Shown here one piece after another: positions 7,886 to 18,500 of a stretch of DNA of 60,458 bases. Source of the DNA: an uncultured Desulfobacteraceae bacterium (GTDB lineage Bacteria > Desulfobacterota > Desulfobacteria > Desulfobacterales > BuS5). Made by a program: the position numbers and the translations under genes. Below the pieces are notes generated by a model. The model was not told the DNA's origin. It saw only the letters and a program-made list of their open reading frames with translations, and did no database searches. The stretch lies in the NCBI GenBank assembly GCA_964482535.1, contig CAYZXU010000002.1:1-60458 (forward strand), in the 5' to 3' direction. Each line of letters starts with the position of its first letter. The stretch's first letter is position 1.

Positions 7886-8140
7886 AAAATATTCCCCAAA
7901 AAGTAATTTATACCTTTCCCTGCTAAGCCAGAAAAAAAACTTATCACACACGCTATGGGAATGTAAACCATATCGTTTGCTATGTAAATCAGCTATTTTG
8001 GAAAGCTATTGACACTTAGTTATTAAACGGTTTATTATATAAAGGTTATTTTTTTTCTGTCTTTCACTTCTTTTTTTTTATGATAAATTCAAAATTTTAA
8101 TAGATAATAATATATTTAGCAAAAAAGGAATTATTGCCTG
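7886..8140. promoter_or_regulatory. divergent control region between the GAF-HlyD operon and tolC/giant gene
   Basis: This is a 255-bp AT-rich non-coding gap between divergent starts at 7885 (-) and 8141 (+). GCTAT occurs four times (7952, 7979, 7992, 8005), the last three at 13-bp spacing. ATGTAAA occurs twice, 21 bp apart (7961, 7982). A TATAAA -10-like hexamer on the minus strand lies at 7907-7912. T8 and T9 tracts lie at 8049-8056 and 8071-8079. Confidence 0.5.
8009..8038 (+). promoter_or_regulatory. candidate sigma70-type promoter for tolC and the giant gene
   Basis: TTGACA (8009-8014), an 18-nt spacer, then TATTAT (8033-8038), about 100 nt upstream of ATG 8141. This is a pattern match only. 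Confidence 0.35.
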
Positions 8141-9526
8141 ATGAAGTCAAAAATTAAGCTTTTGCCATATGGAATGGTCTGGTTGACTAAACTATTATCA
8201 AGTAAAATATTTTTGTCTACTTTCGTTGTTTTAATTTTATTTTCAAGCCGGAGTTTATATGCAGAAGATTTAATGTTTTTTTATAATAGCGCCAGGGAAT
8301 TTGATGCTCAATTTTCAAAGGCAAAGTATGATAAGGCTGCCTCCCGTGAAATTATAAAACAGGCATATTCAAGACTTTTTCCCACATTAACCCTTAATGC
8401 CGAACATACTAATACAAAAGATGATATAAAAAGCAGTGACAATACTGTTTATGGTTCAGGGGTTGCCCATTATCCTTCCGACAGTTATACGCTTGCCCTT
8501 GTTCAGCCGATTTTCAATTTTTCATACATAATGGGTGTAATAAAAGCAAAGGAAGAAATCCGGCGTTCCGATGTTGAATATGTTAATGCCCGGCAGGAGA
8601 TAATCATCCGGGTTGCGGAAAATTATTTTAATACTTTGTCTGCAAAAGATAATTATGAATTTTATAAATCAGAACTTGCAGCAGTTGAACAGCATTATAA
8701 TCTTGCTAAGGTTCAACTGGATAATGGTCAGATACCTGTAACGGATATGCTGGATGCCAGGGCAAGATCGGCGACTGTTTTTGCAGATATGATAAAATCG
8801 GAAAATGAACTGGATGATGCCCGTGAGGCGCTTTATGTTGTAAGCGGGCAAAAGGATATTAAACTATCCGGCATACAAACCAATGCATCACTGGCTGCTC
8901 TTGAGCCGGCAGATTATGATTCATGGATGCAAATCGCTCTTGAAAAAAATCTGGAAATTATAATAGAAAAACATGAAGTTGAAATTGCAAAGCGCGAAAT
9001 TAAACGCTTAAAGGCAGATCATTTTCCGGTTTTAAATTTAGAGCTCAGGGATGAATGGAGCGATGTGGACGGTTCCCTTTTTGGCGGTGGCAGTGAAGTT
9101 GAAACACAAGAGATTGCTTTTCAATTGAGCTTTCCTATTTTTAAGGGCGGTTTTGTAAGTTCCCAGGTTCGGGAAGCATTACAACTGCATAAGGCTGCAA
9201 AAGAGGAACTGCGAAATAAAACACTGCTGGTTAAGAGAAAAACCCGCTCAACATATCTTGGTGTAAAAAGTGCGATTATCAGAGCAAATGCATATGAAAA
9301 ATCCGTTGAAGCACAGAAACTGACCCTTGAAGCAAAACAGCAAGGTTTTAAATCCGGTCTGTTTACCAGCCTTGATGTGCTGGACGCGGAAAGAGATCTA
9401 TATGAGGCGAAACGGGATTATACCAAGGCAAGGTATGATTATATTACCAATATCTTAAATCTTAAATTCAGTGTCGGTACATTGACGGAAGAAGATATTG
9501 CCAAGGTAAATACATGGCTGGATTAA
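8141..9526 (+). CDS. TolC-family outer-membrane channel protein
   Basis: 461 aa. A signal-peptide-like N-terminus ends ...SRSLYA/EDL. The protein has a two-fold internal repeat of long helical segments typical of the TolC/OEP family (ASREIIKQAYSRLFPTLTLNAEHT; RQEIIIRVAENYFNTLSAKDNYEF; ALEKNLEIIIEKHEVEIAKREIKRLKADHFPVLNLEL; LDVLDAERDLYEAKRDYTKARYDYITNILNLKFSVGTL). Confidence 0.85.
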   Translation: MKSKIKLLPYGMVWLTKLLSSKIFLSTFVVLILFSSRSLYAEDLMFFYNSAREFDAQFSKAKYDKAASREIIKQAYSRLFPTLTLNAEHTNTKDDIKSSDNTVYGSGVAHYPSDSYTLALVQPIFNFSYIMGVIKAKEEIRRSDVEYVNARQEIIIRVAENYFNTLSAKDNYEFYKSELAAVEQHYNLAKVQLDNGQIPVTDMLDARARSATVFADMIKSENELDDAREALYVVSGQKDIKLSGIQTNASLAALEPADYDSWMQIALEKNLEIIIEKHEVEIAKREIKRLKADHFPVLNLELRDEWSDVDGSLFGGGSEVETQEIAFQLSFPIFKGGFVSSQVREALQLHKAAKEELRNKTLLVKRKTRSTYLGVKSAIIRANAYEKSVEAQKLTLEAKQQGFKSGLFTSLDVLDAERDLYEAKRDYTKARYDYITNILNLKFSVGTLTEEDIAKVNTWLD

Positions 9527-9546
9527 ACTTGATTTAGTTTGGATAA

Positions 9547-12500
9547 ATGTTTCTCAGGGGGAAACTTGTGTTTTACAAATTAAAAAAAATTGCGAAAAAA
9601 AGAAAAGAGAGCCGCAGGAACAAGCCCAGGGATTTTCAAACAAAAAGGCGCAGGATAAGATTTGAAGCCTTGGAAGACAGAATTCTTCTGTCGGCAGATA
9701 TTCCTATTATAGCCTATGACCTTGCATCTGATACAGCCTTGCCTGCTTTTGCAGAACAGGAACAATTGTTTCATGAAGAAACTCCTGCCCCGCAAATTCA
9801 ATTTGAACCTGAATCCATGGCAGATCAGATTGAAAACATTGGTAAAGAAGAGAATGTTCAACCGGATTATCAGGATAATATTAATGAAGATTATCTTGAG
9901 GATCAGTTTCAAATATCATCAGCCACCCAGGCAACTGTTAATTTTTATCCGGAAAACCCGGAAGAACAGGTTGAAAAAATCAATGAAGTTGAGAATGCCG
10001 AACCCCTGAAGGCAGATCTGCAGTTCGTTGATAATATCTATCCGAAGTACACAGAGGAAGGAATACTTGCATCTGAAATCATAGCCCGCCATCAAGTTCG
10101 TGAGATAATAATTGTTGATTCATCCGTTCCTGATTACCATGGCCTGGTTAAAGAGATAACTGCCGTTGACAGCGAAAGCGACCATACAGATGCAGGTAAT
10201 GATAACACATCCCCCGACATTTTTTCTTCTATCACGTCTTCTATTCAGGAGCATGAAACATTACAAACCGGAGAACCTATCCACAGCAGTTCGGAAAAAA
10301 CAGAGATAAGCCCTGAACGCGGCATATTTGTTCTTGATTCCGGACGTGATGGATTTGAGCAGATAACTGAAATATTAAAAAAATATAAAGACGTTGGCGC
10401 TGTTCATATAATATCCCATGGATCAGCAGGATTAATACGTCTTGGCTCAGGTAAGATTGATAAAGAAGATCTGGAACAAAACAGAGCCATAATTAAAGAC
10501 TGGGGCAAGGCTTTGACCCCTGACGGAGATATCCTTGTTTATGGATGCAGCGTGGCTCAGGGGAAAACCGGTATCGAATTTGTTGAAAGCCTGGGCAATT
10601 TAACAGGCGCTGATGTCGCTGCATCTGATGATGCTACGGGAAGTTCTGACCGTGAGGGCGACTGGATGCTGGAGTACAGCACCGGTATTATTGAAAGTAA
10701 GCCTCTTTTTGGGAGTACACCGGACTATAGCTATTTGCTGGAAGATATTATTGGAACGGATGATAACGATACTTTATCTGGCAATAGTGAACAGGATGAT
10801 ACGCTGACCGGCGGCGCCGGGGATGACACCTACGTATTTCAGGACAATTGGGGAGACGATACTGTTGTTGAGAATATTGATGAGGGAGTGGACATTCTTG
10901 ATTTTTCTAATATAATAACGGATCTCACCTTCACCCTGCATGACGATGGAACCGTTTCTGTAACAGACGGCACCAATATTATCAACAACGCTGCCGGTAT
11001 AGAAAAATTGGTTGGCGGCAGCGGCCATGACACCCTCGTGGGTCCTGATGGGGGAGCTATCTGGAATCTGACAGGGGACAACACGGGAATTGTCAATGGT
11101 TTCATATTCAGCGGCATTGAGGACTTGAAGGGTTCTGCCACCGGACAGGACACTTTTATAGTCGAAAATAAGGCCAAATGGTTAGGGATTATCGACGGCG
11201 GTGGTGGAACGGATATACTCGATTTAACACCTGTTGCCGATAATTTGATTTTTACGATTCAAGACAGTGGAATCGTTTCTGTCAACACTGCCCCGGATAC
11301 CTGGTCTTCTCTCGGCATTATCCCTGAAGATGTTCTTTCACTCCTGAGTGACGGTCTGGAAATAGATAGTGTCAAGAATGTCGCCAAACTGGTCGGAGGA
11401 AGCGCAGACAATACTTTTGCCTTCGAGGACAATGCCTCCTTCGCGGGAACCGTCGACGGTAGTACGGGTATTACAAACACTCTGGACTACTCGGCTTTTA
11501 CCGATGATGTCAATGTGAATTTTGCAAACAGTACTGCCACGGCAACACTCGGGATCAATAATATGAACCGGGTCGTGGGTGAAAAAGACAAGCTGACTGT
11601 CACCTGCACCGATGCAGGAGAAGAGACCATATCTTTTTCTAACGACAAAGGTGTGATAGCGAGTGCTTTAAGCTGGGTCGGGCTGGATAATATCGAAGGT
11701 ACGCCCGGCAACGATGTGCTTACAGGTAATGACGGTTTCAACATTATTGTCGGAAAGTCAGGAGATGATCTCCTGATGGGCGAAGGCGGCCCTGACACGT
11801 ATAAGTTCGCTGATGGCTGGGGTGCCGATACTATCATGGATAGCGGTGGAATTGATATTCTGGATTTCACCATGTGTACGGCGGATCTAACGTTTACCAT
11901 ACACAATGACGGCACGGTCAGCGTAACTGACGGCACCAATAAAGTATTTGCCACTGATGACATTGAAGTGTTTATCGACGGTCTGGGCAACGACAAATTC
12001 GTTTTTGAAGACGGCGCGACCTTTGACGGAATAATCGGAAAACCCAACTGGCTGCAGAAGCTGCTTGGTACCAGTTTGATAGATTATGGATCCAATACTA
12101 TGGATCTGTCTGCATACACAACACCGGTTTACGTAGATCTGGGCATGAAAATTCCATATCTGGAACAGATCCTCTTTCAGCATGCATGGCAAACCGATGC
12201 CGGTGATCCAATAGTTAATACTTTTCATAACATATCCAATGTCATAGGCGGTTCTGCGGGCGATTTTATCTGGGGCAGTTCTGAAGCCAATATTTTAAAG
12301 GGAGGCGCCGGTGATGATGTGATTTTCGGCCGGGGCGGCGCTGATACGTTTTATGGCGGTACAGGTAACGATACCTTGTATGGCGGAATGGGCATGGATG
12401 ACCTGATGACTGTTATCGGTCTGCTTAAAGACCCTGCTGCCATAGCGGATCAATTCCTTGCTTCAGCCCCGGAACTTTTAATGTACATTGCTGACGGGGG

Positions 12501-15500
12501 CACAATCCAGAGTTACATCATGAACCTCATTGCCGGTGATGAGAATGTTGTATCTTACGCTGATGCAACATCTGCCGTAACCGTAGACCTGGGTCTGACT
12601 CTGGATCCGGATGACCTGGCAGGCTTTTTGCCTTATAGTACCGGTGGTGCAGGTAATGATACAATTATTGATATCCACAACGTTACAGGATCCCAATATG
12701 ATGATATCCTGAAGGGTAATTTGTTTGATAATACCATTAAGGGCGGCGTGGGTGACGATGAAATTTACGGCGGCCTGGGATCGGATACCATCATCGGCGG
12801 AAAGGGTGACGATACACTGGACGGCGGTGATTTGGGTGACGACATCAATCCGCTGGGCGACAGGGATATAGCTTCATACATTGACGCGGGAGCCGGAGTT
12901 ATGGTTGACCTGGGTATCAATGGGGTCCAGGACACCAGACGATGGGAGATCTTGCCCCACGTCAATGATGCGGTCGGCGGTCTGGTTGAGGGGCGGGATT
13001 ATGAAGTTGTATATGTAACAGATGACACGTTCAGTCTTAAGAGCCGGAGTGGTGGTGATATTGATATCACGCTCTCTCCACCAGGCGGTACCCATAGCTT
13101 TGATAAGGATGGAGTAATAAAATCCTTTACCCCTTCTGATGACCTGATGGACTATGATGGCAATATTTTTACCATCAACGGACATGGATTCAGTAACGGT
13201 GACATAGTTACATATGCTGCAGGCGGTGAAAAAATCTATACCAGCACAGGGATGGGTCACGACACCCTGATCAACATGGAGGGCGTCACCGGTTCCAATT
13301 ATGACGACGTCCTGATCGGTACTGATGGGTATAACATCATTAAAGGCGGCGCTGGAAATGACTTTCTGGTCAGTGGAAAAGGGTATGATATTGTTAGCGG
13401 TGGAGTGGGCATAGATACGATTTCCTATGAAGACGCTGATGCTATGGTATTTGTTAACCTTTGGGACCCACTACCGCAGATTACCGGGGGCTCGGATGTT
13501 GATACCCTGAAAGATATCGAAAACGTCATCGGGTCGGATTATGACGATATCCTCATCGGCAGCTTCGGGAACAACCTTCTTGAGGGTGGATTCGGTGATG
13601 ACATACTGTCAGGAACTATGGGAGCAGATATTTACAAGTTCCGGGACGGCTGGGGAGACGATACGGTTATAGACGACATCGAGAGCTTGATAGACTATAT
13701 CGATGGAAACGTGGATGCCGCAGATTATATCCAGAACGGGCTTGCCATAGCCAGTGAATGGCTGTCCAATGCTGTAGACACTGTTGATGTCCTGGAAATC
13801 CTGAATGATGCCGAAGAAAAGTCAGCCGAACATATTCCCGACACCCTGGATTTCACACAAACAACCGCTGACCTTTCGGTCAATATCCGTGGTTTTGGCG
13901 ATGTGCATGTGGGATACGGCGCAAACCAGACAAATGATATTTCCGAGATGGAAGTGATTTTGACCGGCGGCGGCAGTGATACATTCATCTTTGGAGTTAA
14001 TCCTCTCACAGGCGATCCGGAATCCTTTAACGGTAAAATCGATGGCGGAAGTGTGAATTACGCCAAATATCCGGATGCTCTTCCTGATGTGAACACTCTT
14101 GATTATTCAGCCAATGCCAAATCCGTTGTTGTGGATCTTGAAGCCCCGGAAGACGGATCACCGGGAGAAGCTCAGGGAACAAAAGGTGTTTATAACATAC
14201 ACAATGTTATCGGCGGTGACGGTGATGATACTTTGAAGGGATCTGCAGGAAATAATCTGCTGCTTGGCGGAAAAGGCAATGACCTGATCGAAGGCAGCGG
14301 CGGTGACGATGTCCTTGAAGGCGGTGCAGGAAACGACACTCTGATCGGTGGTGAAGGCTTCGATATGGTCTCCTATGTGACCTATGATAATAGCGTTGAT
14401 GACACGGGGATCTCCATTGATCTGGGCCTGGTAGACGGGGAGCAGGATACTGTTGGGGCTGGATTAGATATTTTAAAGAGTATCGAGGGTGCGGTCGGAT
14501 CGAAGCATGATGACACTCTCACTGGAGATGATCAGGACAATATGCTGATCGGCGGCAAGGGTGCTGATACCATTTACGGCATGGCCGGTAACGATTTGAT
14601 CTCCGGTGATGCGGACAACGATACCCTGTTCGGCGGTGCCGGTGACGATACCATCGAGGGCGGTGCCGGTGATGATTTCATGAACGCCGGTGCCGGTAAC
14701 GACACGGCATCCTACATTTATCCGGGAACGGCGGTGGATGTTGATCTGGCTATAACTGCCCTGCAGGATACCGGCGGCGCGGGAGAGGACACCCTTCGCA
14801 GCTTTGAGAATCTTATCGGTTCCAAAGGTGACGATACGCTCCGGGGCAATGATGAGGATAATGTTCTGACCGGCGGCGCCGGCGGCGACACCATTTACGG
14901 CAGGGACGGTAACGATCTTATCGTCGGTGAAGCGGGCGATGACATTCTCTACGGTGGTCTTGGGGATGATATCCTCAGCGGCGGCCAGGGGGATGATATT
15001 ATCGACGGGTATATCCAGGGCGGGGATCCGGCCGACGACCATGACATTGATACCGTTTCCTATGCGGAAGCGGCAAGCGGTGTGGTCATCAACCTGAACA
15101 TATCGGGACAAGCCCAGGACACCGAGGCTCTGGGCATAGACACCCTGCAGAATGTGGAAGGGGTCATGGGGTCCGATTATGATGATATCCTCACCGGCAA
15201 TGCCAGGGACAATATTCTTCTGGGACAGTCAGGTGATGATATTATCGAGGGTGGCCAGGGTGATGATATTATGTTCGGAGGCGAAGGTTTTGATTTTGTT
15301 TCCTATTCACTGTCCGACACGCCCGTATTTGTTGACCTGAGCATTACCTGGGAGCAGGAAACAGGAGACTCCACCGGCTGGGATGAGATTGCCGGCATCG
15401 AAGGTCTTATCGGATCGGACTATAATGATGTACTGACCGGCAATGAAGAGAAAAATGTCCTCATGGGAGGGCTGGGCGAAGACGAACTGGACGGCGGTGC

Positions 15501-18500
15501 GGGTGCGGACACGGCCTCTTACGAGAATGCCCTTGCACAGGTGACCGCAGATTTGAGTGGGTTGACGGCAAACACCGGTGAAGCCTGGGGCGATATTTTC
15601 TTTGGCATCGAAAACCTTATCGGCTCGAATTTCGACGATATACTCATTGGGGACTCGAAAGACAATATTATATCTGGCGGCATTGGGGCGGATATCCTGA
15701 TGGGCGGCGCCGGTGTGGATATTCTCAGGGGTGAGGAAGGCGACGATGCCCTCTACGGCGAGGACGGAGACGACATCCTCGTGGGCGGAGCAGGAGCGGA
15801 CAGTTATGACGGCGGCGGCGGTGATAATACCGCCTCCTACAGGAACGCGGCGGATGACAATGTGGGTGAAGACACCACCGGCATTACCGTGGATATGAAC
15901 AACTACAACCTGAACACCGGTGAAGCCTTTGGCGACACATTTGCCAATATCCAAAATATCGAAGGTTCCGGCGGAGACGACATCCTCATTGCAGATAATA
16001 CAGGTGTCAAACTCTTCGGTCTCGCAGGAGACGATAAACTCACCGGCGGGACGGGCAATGACGAACTTACCGGGGGTACAGGGGACGATACCCTTCAGGG
16101 GGGCGTCGGCGATGACTTGCTTCAGGGCGGAGACGGGGCGGATGCGCTGTTTGGATACATGCAGGATGGAAATGTTGACGATGATACCGGCACGGATACC
16201 GCCACCTACGCAGGCGCGGGATCCGGCGTAACCGTTGATTTGAGTAAGAAGACCGGTTCGGATGATGTTGCCGAAGGGGACACGCTGGAAGGGATAGAGA
16301 ACCTTATCGGTTCAGATTATGACGATGAACTGACCGGTGACGATAAAGACAACCGGCTCCAAGGCGGTATCGGAAACGATATCCTGACAGGCAAAGAGGG
16401 CGATGATATCCTGGATGGCGGCGACGGCGGCGATTTTGCCTCATTCGCGAACTCGTTGCGGGGTGTGACCATAGACCTTGCGCTCACGACCCCTCAGGCC
16501 AATGGTGAAGAGGGAAGCGATACTCTCATTAGTATAGAGAACCTTGTGGGTTCCACACGCAATGACACTCTTATTGGAAACGATAATGACAATATTCTTG
16601 TAGGCGGTGAGGGTGAAGATACACTAAAAGGTCTTGCCGGTGATGATATCCTTTTGGGCGAAGAAGATTCTGATTATTTGGAGGGTGGTGAAGGTGATGA
16701 CATTCTGGACGGCGGGGACTGGGGTGACATCCTTATGGGAGGAGAAGGCATTGACACCGCAACCTATGCGGATGCCCAAAACGGTGTTACCGTAAACCTG
16801 CTTACCGGTATAGGCGGTGGGGACGAGGCCGATGGTGATACGCTTACGGGTATTGAAAACCTGGTCGGCTCTAAATTCGACGACACGCTCATCGGAGATA
16901 CGCTCGGCAATATCCTCAATGGCGGCTCAGGGGACGATACCATTGACGGTGGGGCAGGGGACGACTTCCTTGAAGGCGGTGAAGGGGATGACACCATCAC
17001 GGGCGGAGATCACGGCACAGAAGGCGATACTGTTTCTTACCAGGGCGATACGGCGGCGGTCAATGTGGAACTGGGCGGCGTCGCCCTTGATGGCTCCGGC
17101 GGTACAGATAGCCTGGAAGGTATTGAAAATATCTATGGTTCAGTCCACGATGATACCCTCGTAGGCGATGCGGACAACAATATTCTCTGGGGGAACGAAG
17201 GCTCCGACAATCTGGACGGCAGTGAAGGGGACGACGTACTGTATGGCGGATTCGGCGATGACACGCTGACCGGCGGAGAAGGCGGAGACACATTCATGTT
17301 TGAGGACAGTTGGGGCGTGGATACTGTGTCCGAAATTGATGACGCTTCAATAAATACCCTTGATTTTTCCCTTGCCATTGCTGACCTGACAGTAATCGTT
17401 CATGCGGATGGAACAGTATCAGCCTATGATAGTGTTAGCAAACTGGAAAATGTATCTCATATATCAAGAATAATCGGTGGACAGGGTAATGACCATTTCT
17501 TCATTGAGCAAAATTCAACCAACCTCCCGTTTCTCGATGGCGGCCCGGACGGGTCTGACACGTTGGATTACTCTGATTATACGACAGATCTGAATATTGA
17601 CCTTTTAAATATCAGCATCAATCCCACCGGAACATCCGGGGTCTTAAACATTGAGAATATTATCGGAGGATCAGGTGACGATACCCTGACAGCAGGCGAT
17701 AGCGATAGCATTCTCAATGGCGGCCTGGGAGATGATCATCTTATCGGAGGGGCAGGCAGCGACATGCTGCTCGGTGGTGAGGGCACGGATATCCTGGAAG
17801 GCGGAGCAGGTGATGACACCCTCGACGGCGGCAAAGAAGGCGACCAACTCTACGGGTATTTCAGTACTTCACTTCCCGGTGATGATACCGGATCGGATAC
17901 CGCCTCCTACTATACCTATCAGATGGACGAGGACTGGAATGGTCTTACGGTTGATCTCACAAATCCGGATGAGTCCACTAAAGATGCCCTGGGTGATACA
18001 TTCTCGGGCATAGAGAATATTACCGGATCAATGGGTGCGGATATCCTGGTTGGTAATGCCGAAACCAATATCCTTGCCGGAATGGACGGCAACGATACCC
18101 TCATCGGTATGGGCGGTGACGATGTGATGGATGGCGGCATCGGCTGGGATATGGTTTCCTATGAGGATTATGTTAATGCAACTGGTGGCGTCGATGTCGA
18201 TTTGAGACGTACCAATGGTTCTGATGCTGTTGTTACCGGAGCTTCCGGAATTATCAGCAGGGATTCACTTGTCAGTGTTGAAGATGTAACTGGTACCCAT
18301 TATGACGATATAATCACAGGTGATTTGTTTAGCAACATTCTCATGGGTGGTGACGGGAATGATATCATCAGGGGCATGAGCGGTAATGATACCATTTATG
18401 GCGGTGATGGCGATGATACGATCTATGGCGGCGAAGATTCCGACACCCTGATTGGCGGAGCAGGAGCCGATGATCTTTATGGATATATCGAAGGAGGTGA

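Noticed and set aside
9547-10750. A LapA-type N-terminal retention module with a LapG (TAAG/PAAG) cleavage site, and LapD/LapG regulation.
   Set aside because: I found no AAG di-alanine motif in the first ~400 residues, and there are no LapG-like protease or LapD-like genes in the window.
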